Both the position numbers and the translations under genes were made by a program. From a virus: a DNA stretch of 64,000 nt. The stretch is taken from positions 1-64,000 of the IMG/VR virus record IMGVR_UViG_3300023063_000001. One strand, 5' to 3'. Numbering within the stretch: position 1 is the stretch's first letter; each line of letters opens with the position of its first letter. Positions 36,251 to 47,104 of this stretch are shown piece after piece. The notes under the pieces are model-generated. The model searched no databases. It was not told the DNA's origin and saw nothing but the letters and a program-made list of their open reading frames with translations.

Positions 36251-38170
36251 TTAAATACCCGTCGATACAATCTTACACGTCACTAAGTTTGCTGTACCTG
36301 ACCCTGTTTTACTCATCTGCCATACATGCCCCGGACTGATAATAAAGCTAAGACTTTGAGTTACAGTGTGTGGGGTTGTCTGTGCAGATACAGCAATGCC
36401 TGTACGGGCAGAGAGTACGCTAGCATTCTTGCCTGTATAGATAGTGATGGTTGAATCACTTGAGGTAGTAGGGGTTAGGCTATAAGCTAACGAGATTTCT
36501 ACAGGCACCCCATAAGTGTTGGTGTAGTTTGTACCGGATACAGGAGTAGGAGATGCCGGAAGTGTTCCTGGATTTGGGTGGCCAATACGCCATTGGTTCA
36601 AACAACCAGCAGCACTAAGATCTGATACAGTGACGCCCGGATTACCAACAACAAGTTTATTAGCGTCAGCATTACCACCAAAGATAAAGAAACAATCAGG
36701 GGTCGATGCATATGTCACTTTAAAGTCATTGTACAAACCATAGATTTCAACACCAATCTTATCAGGAGAAGTACAACGCTCCATGGCGATAATATCAAAT
36801 ACTAAGTCATTACTATTGTTATCCGTACCGTCTGGATTACCAATAATCATGTGCTTGAAGTTGGTGACAAAGTTTTTTATCTTGAATCGGTTAACTTGTG
36901 TAGCGCCTACAGAAGCACTTATAGATTTAACAAAAATACCAATACCATTGTAGCCAAGGATTCCAAAGTTGAAATCGTTGTCTTGCATGTGTTGGCCAGA
37001 ATAGATATTGTTTGTGGAGTTGAAATAATATCCAGCAAAAGTGAAAGCTAAAGCTGCTTTACATTTAAAGTCACTAAACTGTACATTGCGATATTCAATA
37101 CCAATACTACCAGATGTGTTGTATCCGGTTGGGTCAGCCGAGTTACCATTAATAGCCCGCAACCCTTCAAGCTCTACATCAAAGTCTGTACGACTAATAG
37201 TTGGGGCTACACTCCCTGCAATGATTGCTGCACCCGTTGTAGGGGTGTATTGAATAAAGCTTTTAAATCTTGCATAAATAGGTGTGTCAAACACCAAACT
37301 ACTTGCAATAACCAAAGGCATTCCGGGAGGTGATGTCAAACCACCACGCACACCTTCGGATGTTCCTGTGATACTGCCAGCCCAATTGATTGCAGCTTGA
37401 ATCTTTGCTGCTTGGTCAGTACCGTTATTTACAACACCCCATTGACGTAAATCAGTTATGTTGTTGTGTATAAGCTTAATGCGTACACCATTAGCAACCC
37501 ACACCGTACCATTATTAGCAACACTTGTGGTATCCGAAGCATCAATATAGTAGTCTCCCTGACCACCATCACCGATAGTATTATAGCCCATGGTTGAGAA
37601 GCGTTTCACACGCCCTGTATCCAAAGCTGCGATCTGTTGTGCTGTGTCTAATACAACACGCCCCAACTGACCAAATGCTTGGTTTAGTGTGTCTACGTTT
37701 ACAGCAATGGTGCTAGGAGTTTTAAAGGTTGATGTGGTTGGTACAGCCACTGTCCCTGAAAAAGTAGGTGATGCAATATTAGCTTTAGTGGCTAAAGATG
37801 TGGTTACATCAGAGCTATTAGCCTTTGTAGCAATGGCTGAGGATAGATCTGAAAGAGCAGGTTGAAGCTGTGGAAGAGTACCATCAAAGACGTACAATGC
37901 ACCCGAGGATTTAATCTTAAATTCAAACCACTGAGGAAGTGGAGTAGAATAATAAGCACCCTCTACGACATAATAAATACGCTTATCAGTTTTAAGGTAG
38001 TAGGCATTTCCGTTAACGGCTGTAGGAAGTGTATCTACTAAACCAATAACTGTTGAGTCAAAGAGGTAGGAGAATTTTAGAAGGTCTTCATCAACCCCAG
38101 TATTCCATTGACTCTCTCCATAACTCCAACCATACTTGGCTTCAATAAAAGGGCTTGTTTTTTGTGGCAT
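36251..38170 (-). CDS. tailspike / tail fibre with putative beta-helix depolymerase domain
   Basis: GY...GDGG.G.Y motif, then WG....TD.A.KIQAAIN helix cap and Asn/Gly-rich beta region. Confidence 0.7.
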   Translation of the reverse strand: MPQKTSPFIEAKYGWSYGESQWNTGVDEDLLKFSYLFDSTVIGLVDTLPTAVNGNAYYLKTDKRIYYVVEGAYYSTPLPQWFEFKIKSSGALYVFDGTLPQLQPALSDLSSAIATKANSSDVTTSLATKANIASPTFSGTVAVPTTSTFKTPSTIAVNVDTLNQAFGQLGRVVLDTAQQIAALDTGRVKRFSTMGYNTIGDGGQGDYYIDASDTTSVANNGTVWVANGVRIKLIHNNITDLRQWGVVNNGTDQAAKIQAAINWAGSITGTSEGVRGGLTSPPGMPLVIASSLVFDTPIYARFKSFIQYTPTTGAAIIAGSVAPTISRTDFDVELEGLRAINGNSADPTGYNTSGSIGIEYRNVQFSDFKCKAALAFTFAGYYFNSTNNIYSGQHMQDNDFNFGILGYNGIGIFVKSISASVGATQVNRFKIKNFVTNFKHMIIGNPDGTDNNSNDLVFDIIAMERCTSPDKIGVEIYGLYNDFKVTYASTPDCFFIFGGNADANKLVVGNPGVTVSDLSAAGCLNQWRIGHPNPGTLPASPTPVSGTNYTNTYGVPVEISLAYSLTPTTSSDSTITIYTGKNASVLSARTGIAVSAQTTPHTVTQSLSFIISPGHVWQMSKTGSGTANLVTCKIVSTGI

Positions 38171-38171
38171 A

Positions 38172-38885
38172 TTAAACCCCAATAGCTAAGTAGTTTACGG
38201 TTATGACCACTGGATTAGGATTCCAAACAGTGAAACCTGTAGTGGTGCGAGTGGCCTGACCTACTGCATACTGATTACCTGCTGTAAGTTGAGGCGTCAA
38301 TAGCAGTTGAAATACAGCACTAGTGAAGGCAACATCAAAGTTTAGTGCAGTAGTGGTGCTACCAACAGCGCTCACTTGACCCCACTTCAATTGTATACCG
38401 CCGGGTAGGATTTGCTTACCGTTAGAATTAGATACTTGCTGACTGCCTGTAAAAGCGTTAGCAAGCTGCAAAGGACTGATGAAAACAGTGTTATCAGTCA
38501 TTGCCCTTGATTGAGCGGCAGTTGCAACATTAGGACCTAGAGCACTTGTACTATCAACAAAAGCTACCCGCCAGCTTGATGTTGTGTCTCCGACAGGATT
38601 GATGTTTGTGTTAGTGATCAAGCATTTGTAGACAACACCATCGCTACCCTGTGTGTAACTGGAGTTTGCTTGATAGCTTGTAATAGAATCCCAAAGAGCA
38701 ACACCGTATTGGTTAATGTGTGCAATAGCTTGATCTTGTCGTCCATCAATATAATTGAAGTACTGCCTTGGTGGAATGGTGTTAGCTGACCAACCATTTG
38801 CTATATAGGAGTCAGGCGGGGCAAGTACATCGCCTGAAGCTGCCCATATTTTGTTAATATCTGCTGGTTTTGTGATCGCAGCCAA
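38172..38885 (-). CDS. short tail fibre / baseplate-anchored fibre protein
   Basis: N-terminal IWA..G....P.....GW...PP...FN anchor; C-terminal LPGG..LKWG domain. Confidence 0.75.
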   Translation of the reverse strand: MAAITKPADINKIWAASGDVLAPPDSYIANGWSANTIPPRQYFNYIDGRQDQAIAHINQYGVALWDSITSYQANSSYTQGSDGVVYKCLITNTNINPVGDTTSSWRVAFVDSTSALGPNVATAAQSRAMTDNTVFISPLQLANAFTGSQQVSNSNGKQILPGGIQLKWGQVSAVGSTTTALNFDVAFTSAVFQLLLTPQLTAGNQYAVGQATRTTTGFTVWNPNPVVITVNYLAIGV

Positions 38886-38906
38886 TTGAATATTCCTTCT
38901 TAAAAT

Positions 38907-39707
38907 TTAATATAGCGTTGCGAACACACCGCCGTTCTTATTACTATAATCTGAATCGCCGTAGTTAAGACCCCAACCAAGCCCGTACCCATAAGTCCCG
39001 TTAATATCACCGAAACCAAGGGCACCCGGACTGCCATCAAATCCAAAATACTCCCCGGCTTGGTATTCCCCATACTTAACCCCTACACCAACTGTCTTAG
39101 GAATTAACCTAGAAGGGTAGCCATCTGTGGAGTTAATATAAGCTAACAAGCCTTTTTCATAGTCGCTAAGCTGTCTACCAAAGAGGACAGTGACGTTAGC
39201 ATTACCATCTTCTGTAAGGGATGTACCTGTTGTACCAAAGATTAGATTGACTACTTCAAGAAATTCTTCTGGTGTAGAGGCTGTGGTGTTCTTATAAATC
39301 TTAGCTCTGATAAAAAGACGATAGGTGTCATCATCTAAGGCAATATTACCGCCTGTAGGAGCACCGTAGTCTAGAAACTTACCACCATATAAATTACTAC
39401 CGTACTCTCCAAAACTTGCTGCTTTAGGTGCTCCGACAAAGCCAAAGAAGGTGTAGAGGTCAGCATTCAGTAGAACACGGTCTTGACCTACAATACGTCC
39501 TATGACATCAAGCTGAGCACCTGTAGCGTTATCAATATCACGAAGCTGAAGAAGATCTTTAAACACTTCCTGGATATTGGTTTGAGCATCTACTAGAAGT
39601 TGCAAATACTTGTCAAACACCGGAGCATATTCTTGTTTAAATTGTTCAGTTGTTCGACTTCTTGCCGTTGCTAAAAAATCCTCTTCATTAAACACAGGAG
39701 TTGTCAT
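38907..39707 (-). CDS. baseplate wedge protein (DUF2612-like)
   Basis: DIDNATGAQLDVIGRIVG, FFGF, DDTYR. Confidence 0.8.
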   Translation of the reverse strand: MTTPVFNEEDFLATARSRTTEQFKQEYAPVFDKYLQLLVDAQTNIQEVFKDLLQLRDIDNATGAQLDVIGRIVGQDRVLLNADLYTFFGFVGAPKAASFGEYGSNLYGGKFLDYGAPTGGNIALDDDTYRLFIRAKIYKNTTASTPEEFLEVVNLIFGTTGTSLTEDGNANVTVLFGRQLSDYEKGLLAYINSTDGYPSRLIPKTVGVGVKYGEYQAGEYFGFDGSPGALGFGDINGTYGYGLGWGLNYGDSDYSNKNGGVFATLY

Positions 39708-39719
39708 ATTTAAACTCCC

Positions 39720-41189
39720 TTATGTGTTAATGACTATATTGACTGAGGAAATTGAAGCTATCTGATTAAAAGCAATTGGGATAGTTGGTCCTGTGCCTGT
39801 TGGGCTTGGTGATGTGCCAACAAACAAACTGTCTACTTGAAAACCCGCAACAGAATTTATTGGAGTGTAGAGACGGCTGTAAATAACATCATCACCAATA
39901 CCAAGAGTTCCAATGTAAGCAACCAAGGCCGAAGCAATATCATCTTTACCCGTTGCTGGAAAGTTGCTATCTGTTTCAAGGGTCATTGTAATGTATAGGG
40001 GTACAGGATCTGGTCTTTCAAAACCAATATTGTGTGCAAACCCTTGACCACCATCAACACCTTGATTATCATAAATAACTACAACCGTGTCACCATAGCT
40101 TCGTATACCCATTGGTTTGTTTTCCCAAATGGATTCTGCAATATCGCTAGACAATCCACCTAGAACAATAGGCATGAAGCTGTGGGCAGGAACACCTAAA
40201 GAATCTGTCGTATCTGTATCATTCTCATAGATTCTAACCTCTTGCACGCCATCAAGGCTAATCAAAGAGGAATAAAGAGCTTCAAGAATATTACTCGCAC
40301 GTTCAAACTTTGTTTCTCGAAAGCGAAGACGAAGTTCATCATCTGTTTCAAGGTTTCTTCCGGGAGACGCAGCCGTTGGATTATAAACACTATCCCAACC
40401 AAGTTGTGGAGTTAGAATCTTGCTTAAACTATTAACTTCAGCATCCACAGGACCGCTGACAGTTGACTGCACTTCACCAATCTTTTGTACTTTAGTGATA
40501 CCAAGATTACTTGTGGTAGTAAAGCTAACTACTGCAAATTCATCTACACGAACTAATGTAACAACACTGCCAACAACTGTAGCTGTAAGAGTGGGGTGGC
40601 TTGTACCAACCAATGCTGCAATACCCGCAACAATAGTAGCTGCTGTAGCACCTGTTCCGCTTGTGTAATTAATGCTATTGCTTGTAGAGATAGAAGAATA
40701 AGTGATGGTATATAAGGTGTTGTCAGCTACAACCAAAGGAGAGAATGTAGCACCTGTTGCAGATGTAGGAGATAAGGCAACAGGGGAGAGGAGTGTCCAT
40801 TGTGAGCTATCAACAGTACTACCAATAGTTAAGCCTGAAGCTACAAGAGTACCGTTATCACCAGCCAGAATCACTTGTGCTGTGGAGAAAGAGGAGCCTA
40901 AACGTGTGATACCGCCCAAGGCTACTAGGTTATCAAGGGAGATTCCTGTGGCTGTATTAGGGTCAAATGCCCCGTATAAATCCTGCATTTGTTCCCATAG
41001 AAGAGATTCACCAGCAGCATCTAGAGCAATCAATCTACCAAGAATACTGGAGTCACTTGTGTCCACCACATCGCCAACAGCTGTCTGATCTTGAAACAGT
41101 TGTACAGCTTTAGCTCTCTTTTCTGTTAAGATGTCAGAGAGTCTTTTATTTATAAATCCTAGTGACGTAAGACCGTATGCAGTTGCCAT
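39720..41189 (-). CDS. baseplate J-like wedge protein
   Basis: ATG.SLD.L....GITR, GR..ETDDELR.R, ENDT. Confidence 0.88.
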   Translation of the reverse strand: MATAYGLTSLGFINKRLSDILTEKRAKAVQLFQDQTAVGDVVDTSDSSILGRLIALDAAGESLLWEQMQDLYGAFDPNTATGISLDNLVALGGITRLGSSFSTAQVILAGDNGTLVASGLTIGSTVDSSQWTLLSPVALSPTSATGATFSPLVVADNTLYTITYSSISTSNSINYTSGTGATAATIVAGIAALVGTSHPTLTATVVGSVVTLVRVDEFAVVSFTTTSNLGITKVQKIGEVQSTVSGPVDAEVNSLSKILTPQLGWDSVYNPTAASPGRNLETDDELRLRFRETKFERASNILEALYSSLISLDGVQEVRIYENDTDTTDSLGVPAHSFMPIVLGGLSSDIAESIWENKPMGIRSYGDTVVVIYDNQGVDGGQGFAHNIGFERPDPVPLYITMTLETDSNFPATGKDDIASALVAYIGTLGIGDDVIYSRLYTPINSVAGFQVDSLFVGTSPSPTGTGPTIPIAFNQIASISSVNIVINT

Positions 41190-41208
41190 ATATTTTTCTC
41201 TTTTTAAA

Positions 41209-41568
41209 TTAAACTGATACGGTCACAGAGGCACTGCCTTCTTTAGTCAGAACGGTAAATGAGCAACTGTAAAGTCTTGTGTAAGCATCAAAAGTAGATG
41301 TGAAAGATTGGATTTCTAATACACCAGATTCAGCAAGGATTTGTTCACGAAAAATGTTATCTACTGTTGTCTTGGAAACATTCTTCTTCAATATTTGCTC
41401 AAAGTAGGGCATACCATAAGTTGTGTTAATGAACCAATCACCTAAAAAACTACGAAGCCTAATAGTTAATCGTTGAGCAACAACATCTTGAGCAGATTGG
41501 GTAATACCAGCTAAAGTAAGTGGACCATTGATAAACACGGCATCACCATCAGTAAGTCTAATATCCAT
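41209..41568 (-). CDS. baseplate wedge / sheath initiator (gp25-like)
   Basis: Q....RL..F.G.WF.....G.PY pattern. Confidence 0.75.
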   Translation of the reverse strand: MDIRLTDGDAVFINGPLTLAGITQSAQDVVAQRLTIRLRSFLGDWFINTTYGMPYFEQILKKNVSKTTVDNIFREQILAESGVLEIQSFTSTFDAYTRLYSCSFTVLTKEGSASVTVSV

Positions 41569-41577
41569 ACTTCCCTC

Positions 41578-42315
41578 TTAGTTACTTGGTGGTGGTGAAG
41601 AACCGTGTTTATGGGTGCTGAAAATTACTCCGTTGAAGGTTTGAACACCGACAGATGTAAAGTTTCCAGTGTGTTGTATGTTACCCACCCAAGTGGTATT
41701 AACACTATCTACAACCAAGTTCTGAGCATTCAAATTAATAGAGTTGTTAGCATTGACTGTAACATCTGAAGCATTGATGGTTACAGGACAATTGCTCGTA
41801 TTAATCTCAATTGATCCGTCTTGTTTAAGGCGTATTTCAGCCTCTACAGAGCCTAGCCCTGCAAACAACACTGTATCCTTGGGGTCATGCGTTAAGACGT
41901 GTTTGGTAGGGTTATTTACCGATACTCCGGGGGGTTGAATCCCTGCAATAGCGATAGCATCCTTATAATCCAACATCCTGAAATCAGTAGGGGTGACAGG
42001 GTAACCATTGCCAGCTTTCCAAGAATCTAAACCTCTCTCTGAGAAGATAAGAAGAACTGTATCGCCCTTATCGACTGGGAATGTCATACCTGCTGTTTTA
42101 GAGACAGGAAATTGAAGAGGGACATTTAGAATAGTAGGACGTTCTACAGCACCACTCCCATCGAACATTTTAAGGTTGAGAGAAGGTTGAACGTCCACTT
42201 GCATATTAGCAAGGTCTGCCCTTACAACTATAGCTGGAATGCTGAAATGAAAGTTTTCAAAATGATGTTCAATAGCGGAGTTTAGTGTTTCTTGAAGCGA
42301 AGATTCTCTTGCCAT
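41578..42315 (-). CDS. baseplate central spike
   Basis: N-terminal OB-type VDVQP...GD.VLL.F.ER..D.W; C-terminal HxH (THKH) apex. Confidence 0.85.
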   Translation of the reverse strand: MARESSLQETLNSAIEHHFENFHFSIPAIVVRADLANMQVDVQPSLNLKMFDGSGAVERPTILNVPLQFPVSKTAGMTFPVDKGDTVLLIFSERGLDSWKAGNGYPVTPTDFRMLDYKDAIAIAGIQPPGVSVNNPTKHVLTHDPKDTVLFAGLGSVEAEIRLKQDGSIEINTSNCPVTINASDVTVNANNSINLNAQNLVVDSVNTTWVGNIQHTGNFTSVGVQTFNGVIFSTHKHGSSPPPSN

Positions 42316-42318
42316 AAT

Positions 42319-43212
42319 TTAACTCGCTAATCTTTGACTGCAACGACATTCACTTACCCACTGCCCACCACGCCAGCTACCTGTGTGCCTGACAGATTCA
42401 ATTTTGTAAAACCCATCGAGACTGTTACCCTGATCAAGCTTTATGATTGACCCTGCATAAAAATCAGCATTTAAGTTTGCTTGAAATTGAATGCCTGCCA
42501 CTTTTGCAGGGTCAGGTTTCTTAACAATACCTTGACCACTAACTTTATAAGCTAAGTCAATCAAACCCGTCTCAGGAGACACAACGATAGCTTGGTCGGT
42601 GGTTGATTGATAACTTTGTCCCCTATCCATAAGGTATAGAGTATTGTTATCAATTGTGTATTCCATTTCACCATCATGACACAGCTTATCTAAAGCAGCT
42701 TTAGGGGTGCCAGTCAACGGATACCCTGAGATAACAGGGTTATTACAATTAACCCCCGAGTACAAGCCTTTGTTAATACCTGTGATCTTCTTTCTAATAG
42801 CTTCAACCACTTCTTTCTTCTTAGCTCCAGGGGGTAGAATACCTGAAAGCTGAGTAAAGTTTAAAGCAGAATACCCCGCTCCCATTAGAATTTGAGTGAT
42901 CAAATCTTGACCTGATTGCCTTGTTGTTACTTGGGCAATTTCACCAGCAAACAACCTCTTTATATGTGTGTTGTAATACCCTGCATTAAATTCAGCAGCT
43001 ACGAACTCTTTATCAAGCAAAGCGAGCGTATTGTCATCCACATTATAGATTTCAATAGTGCAAGAATTTGTCTTGTCTTTATTACTACTACTTTTACTCA
43101 CTTCGAAAGTAATCTGAAGATTATCAATCAATATGGCATTGTTAGGGTCATTTTTATAATCCCCTATTGTGAGTGAATACCCCCTATTAACATAGGTATT
43201 TTCCAACGCCAT
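42319..43212 (-). CDS. baseplate hub protein
   Basis: F.V.KS......N...IEIYN, AGY, TGLI, G.YKI....H.G..RG..W. Confidence 0.75.
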   Translation of the reverse strand: MALENTYVNRGYSLTIGDYKNDPNNAILIDNLQITFEVSKSSSNKDKTNSCTIEIYNVDDNTLALLDKEFVAAEFNAGYYNTHIKRLFAGEIAQVTTRQSGQDLITQILMGAGYSALNFTQLSGILPPGAKKKEVVEAIRKKITGINKGLYSGVNCNNPVISGYPLTGTPKAALDKLCHDGEMEYTIDNNTLYLMDRGQSYQSTTDQAIVVSPETGLIDLAYKVSGQGIVKKPDPAKVAGIQFQANLNADFYAGSIIKLDQGNSLDGFYKIESVRHTGSWRGGQWVSECRCSQRLAS

Positions 43213-43225
43213 GTTTTATTTCCTT

Positions 43226-43567
43226 TTAAGTGAGAGAGGGTATGTATTCAAATGTGTAATATTGACTCAACGCTTCAGGGACTTCTTTATACTTTTCAGA
43301 AGTTATCGAGGGTATAGGATATAGCCAAAAGAAGCCTGTAAGATTGGGAAGGATATAATCAATAGCAATAGGATATTTAGGCAGTAAAGCCAATCCGGCT
43401 ATAATTAAAGACCTATCTTCTGTATACAATGACATAAACCATTTTTTAGAGTAGTCATTGTATTGTATTTCAATAATGTATACATCATTATCATCTTGCA
43501 AACTTATAGAATATTCATAAAAGTAATCAGAAAAGAGGGGTAGATTAACTGAAGTGTATGTTGTCAT
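43226..43567 (-). CDS. baseplate structural protein
   Basis: position between Dit-like protein and hub; YN....W...L pattern. Confidence 0.6.
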   Translation of the reverse strand: MTTYTSVNLPLFSDYFYEYSISLQDDNDVYIIEIQYNDYSKKWFMSLYTEDRSLIIAGLALLPKYPIAIDYILPNLTGFFWLYPIPSITSEKYKEVPEALSQYYTFEYIPSLT

Positions 43568-44328
43568 TGTGGCAACCCTTCTAAGTCATCTGATTGATCT
43601 TTTTCTTCATCAACTTTAGGTATATTACCTTTCTTAGATTTTGGGGACGCCCTACTTTTTAAAGCCTTGACAACATCGGGTGTTAAAGCTGTAGTCTGAA
43701 GCGTTACAAAACTAACTTGTTCAAATTGAAGATCACAGAATAATGCATCACCACTGTCCACTGTTTCTTTTATGTCAAGAGTTACTAAACACAAATCATC
43801 ATAAGTCTTAGTTAAGGCTGAGCCTTCAAACTCAAATAATTTGATTGGTCTAATTCTTGTTTCTGTCTTTCCGGTTGTTGTGTTGTAGAAGCTGCCAGAC
43901 ATAAGTTTGGTGAGACAAGTTTCTACATACGTCTTGTAATTTGTTCGTATAGGAGAGACAGTGATGGTATTGGAAGAAGGTTTTAAGAATTGACCAATAG
44001 ACTCAGGTAAAAAATTTAGTAATGAGTTTGAACTACTTTGGATAGTAGCAGCATCTGGCTGGTCAATAGCATTATTAGCTAAATTATCCTCATCATCTCT
44101 AATCAAAGCATATACAGAGGATATATCAGCAAAGCTAACGACTCCTGTGAATCCAAAAGTAGGATTTTCAGCAGTATAGTTATCTGTTGATGATCTTCCA
44201 CGGGCTGTAGGGTTCTTTGTAACCTGCCCTCGTTGGTTACGAGAGTAGAGAGTTACACTATCAAAGTACAACCAAAACCCGGAATCCGACTTATCTGTTG
44301 AAGGTGGAAGCTTTATACCTAAACTCAT
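43564..44328 (-). CDS. baseplate/tube initiator (Dit-like) protein
   Basis: FD.......VT.NP...G....D motif; directly after tape measure. Confidence 0.6.
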   Translation of the reverse strand: MSLGIKLPPSTDKSDSGFWLYFDSVTLYSRNQRGQVTKNPTARGRSSTDNYTAENPTFGFTGVVSFADISSVYALIRDDEDNLANNAIDQPDAATIQSSSNSLLNFLPESIGQFLKPSSNTITVSPIRTNYKTYVETCLTKLMSGSFYNTTTGKTETRIRPIKLFEFEGSALTKTYDDLCLVTLDIKETVDSGDALFCDLQFEQVSFVTLQTTALTPDVVKALKSRASPKSKKGNIPKVDEEKDQSDDLEGLPQ

Positions 44329-44337
44329 AAAGCCTCC

Positions 44338-46038
44338 TTATCGGGCACTTTTTGCATAATTCAATTGGGCATTAGCCCATACAGTTTCCATTGCAGGGGC
44401 TAGCTGAGCTTTGAAATCATCCATCATACCAGAGGCATTAGTAGCGGATGTATTCACTATGATGTCCCCAACAGTCACTGTGGTAGTTTGCGTAGTGGCT
44501 TTAGGTGTGGACATACTGTTAGATAAAATAGGGATGTCTTCATTACGACCAAGAGGATTGACGTTAACATCGGGCAGTGTATGTGTACCTGTAGCATCAA
44601 CCTTTTTCTTCCAATCGTCTTTGGTCATATACCCAGCTTTCTCAGAAAAACTATCAACCATCATGCTGAACTTTTCTGAAGGGCTCATATTCGGAGAATC
44701 CCAAATCATCCCTAAAACACTACCACTACCAATATTATTATTACCAATGTTACCAAGCTTTGTTGCTGCGGCAGGAATGTCTTTTCCACCAAACTGTACA
44801 GCCCAACGAATAGCTGAAGCTGAATAGTTCATAGTAGCAACTTCAGCAGCATTCATGGCTTCTTTTAGGGGTTTTAATGCTGCCTCTAGTTCACGTTCTG
44901 CTGCAATACGATTCTTTGTAGCATCTTCGATTTGCTTGCCGTCACGTTCAAACTGATTCCAAAACTTATCGTTTGCAAGCCGTTGAGCGTTTGCACGCAC
45001 CGAGTTTACAGCCTCATCAAGCTCTTTTGTATATTTTGTTGAACTTATCTGATATGCTGAAATCAAATCCCCGGATGTAACCTGCCCTTTCTTCTGTGCA
45101 GTTTGGTAATCACCCGATAGGTTTTCCCCAGCGTAGTTGGTTCGTTTAGCCCAAGCTTTTTGAACAAGAGTTTTAATCTCCGGGTCACCACCACCCTCCA
45201 CCAAGGCGTTCATATCTTGTTGGCCAACTTTCTGCTTACCTAGAATCTGTGTGATTTGACGCATAGCAGCTTTTTGTTGATCTGAGCTAAGGTGTCTTAC
45301 AGCAAAACGTTGGGAAAACAAATCGTAGTTACTGAGTGCTTGGCGAGTACTAATACCATTACCACGTTGAAGAGCAATAGCGGTGTTAAAGTCTGTCACG
45401 CCCTCTTCAGCGCTATTACCATACTTATTGCTATTCCTTTTGTACCAAGCAATGGCATTTGCCTTTCGGGTATCACTACCACCTACAGATTGACCAAGAA
45501 GGATACGTTTAGTATCGTTACCAATCACACGTTCTTGTACTTCATCTAGTCGCCGGTTTACAGCATAGCCGGCTGCAACAGTAGCCCCTATTCCTAGACC
45601 AGCTAAACCAAGACGACCACCCACAAGATTGGCCAAACCAAAGCCTGTGTGCTCAGCAAATCTAGGACTAAATAATCTTTCGGATCGAAACTGGTGGGAG
45701 TCTGCAACAGAGCTTGATATTTGCTGTACTCTTGCCCTTCGTCCACCTTGTGCATTAAGATTTACCGGAAGGTTAACACCCCTGGATGCTCTGAGTAAAC
45801 TAGCTTGAAGGTTACGTTCATTTACAACAAACTTAGATATTTGAAATGTAACTTTTCCAGTTGCAAGATCTAGGGCATCGCCCAAAACTTTTGTGAGATT
45901 TTTCTGATTAACAGAGAAGCTTTTAAGTCTATTTTCAATTTGAGTGAATAGACTATCTACTTTATGAATACTTGTTGCGTCTACTTTAACACCGAGAGAG
46001 GCCCAAAACTTGGCTACTTCTTGACTATTATTTTCCAT
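44338..46038 (-). CDS. tape measure protein
   Basis: 566 aa, Ala/Gly-rich helical, Q.L.K.KV..QDM tape-measure motif; follows chaperones. Confidence 0.85.
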   Translation of the reverse strand: MENNSQEVAKFWASLGVKVDATSIHKVDSLFTQIENRLKSFSVNQKNLTKVLGDALDLATGKVTFQISKFVVNERNLQASLLRASRGVNLPVNLNAQGGRRARVQQISSSVADSHQFRSERLFSPRFAEHTGFGLANLVGGRLGLAGLGIGATVAAGYAVNRRLDEVQERVIGNDTKRILLGQSVGGSDTRKANAIAWYKRNSNKYGNSAEEGVTDFNTAIALQRGNGISTRQALSNYDLFSQRFAVRHLSSDQQKAAMRQITQILGKQKVGQQDMNALVEGGGDPEIKTLVQKAWAKRTNYAGENLSGDYQTAQKKGQVTSGDLISAYQISSTKYTKELDEAVNSVRANAQRLANDKFWNQFERDGKQIEDATKNRIAAERELEAALKPLKEAMNAAEVATMNYSASAIRWAVQFGGKDIPAAATKLGNIGNNNIGSGSVLGMIWDSPNMSPSEKFSMMVDSFSEKAGYMTKDDWKKKVDATGTHTLPDVNVNPLGRNEDIPILSNSMSTPKATTQTTTVTVGDIIVNTSATNASGMMDDFKAQLAPAMETVWANAQLNYAKSAR

Positions 46039-46327
46039 TTAATTTAAAAGCCTCTTCTTTTCTTCGGTGGTTATCTATCTCAGCTTTTGTTTTAATTTCT
46101 TTTGATTCCTCAAAAGCTTCAAGCACTTCAATATCTTCTGCAAAATCTAGAAGATCTGAAAGTGTGTAGACGCTAGCTAACTCAGCCTTGGTACATTTTA
46201 TTCTTGGATGGGTGGTGACTTTCAGAATAAGCCAGTTTTGAGAGTATCCGTCTGTAATCTCTTTATCAAGACTGGATGGTGCAGAGGAGGCTTTTACTCT
46301 CCTACTGAACCTTGATCGGGAAAATTT
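46028..46327 (-). CDS. tail assembly chaperone -1 frameshift extension (G-T type)
   Basis: slippery A-AAT-TTT at 46327-46321; -1 frame open about 97 codons to TAA at 46030-46028, with no plausible own start near its 5' end. Confidence 0.75.
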   Translation of the reverse strand, partial: KFSRSRFSRRVKASSAPSSLDKEITDGYSQNWLILKVTTHPRIKCTKAELASVYTLSDLLDFAEDIEVLEAFEESKEIKTKAEIDNHRRKEEAFKLNGK

Positions 46328-46617
46328 TCATCAAAGTTAAACTCAAGGACAGAGTTGTAAACATCCATCAAGTGTGTATACCGACCAGAAAAGTATTCAT
46401 CAAACTTATCACTTGAAATTCGAACGCTACCAATTGCAACAGATGAACATACTACATCTTTAATAAAAGCTGGAGTCACCATATCATCACGAAGCTTGAA
46501 CTGTACATCCAAACCTTTGATAGCTGAAAGCTTAGTGAATACATACTCCACGGGGGCTACATTGCCATCTTTACTTTTGTAACCTTCAATGGTAAAAAAT
46601 TTAGTTTCGAGTGCCAT
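46294..46617 (-). CDS. tail assembly chaperone
   Basis: start MALETK; between tube genes and tape measure. Confidence 0.75.
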   Translation of the reverse strand: MALETKFFTIEGYKSKDGNVAPVEYVFTKLSAIKGLDVQFKLRDDMVTPAFIKDVVCSSVAIGSVRISSDKFDEYFSGRYTHLMDVYNSVLEFNFDENFPDQGSVGE

Positions 46618-46630
46618 GTTATTTCTCAAT

Positions 46631-47104
46631 TTAAAACAAGGATGAAACTCCGGAGGAGATTGCATCTAAAAGTGAACCAGAAGGTGTGGTAGTGTTACCA
46701 ACATTGTAAACGTCTGTACTTAGGCATTGTATTGTCCAAGCCCTTTCAGATAAGGAAGCGTCAAATACAACGTCAGCAAAGTTAACCACAAAAGCTTCTG
46801 AGGATTTAAATAAGCTTGTCCCACCTGTGTCTTTTAATAACAACTCAAGACGTGATGTCCCAGAGGTTAAGTCAGCAGTTAGTAAACTAGAGAATATACT
46901 ATTCCATTCGCTACCGGCTGGTAACGTAAGTCTAACCGTCGCACTTGTGTCATAGCTTAATACTCGCGTGTGCTTACCACGAATACCCTTAATCGTCAGG
47001 ATAGGGTAGCTGTCTCTTGTAATAGAAATTACATTCCAACCTACTAAGATTTGTTCGCCAATAACTAGATATATTGCTTCAGGATCATAAGTTGTTATTG
47101 TCAT
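46631..47104 (-). CDS. tail tube-like protein (paralog 3)
   Basis: TYDP..I.L, KDTGG.SLF, W.I shared with neighbours. Confidence 0.7.
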   Translation of the reverse strand: MTITTYDPEAIYLVIGEQILVGWNVISITRDSYPILTIKGIRGKHTRVLSYDTSATVRLTLPAGSEWNSIFSSLLTADLTSGTSRLELLLKDTGGTSLFKSSEAFVVNFADVVFDASLSERAWTIQCLSTDVYNVGNTTTPSGSLLDAISSGVSSLF

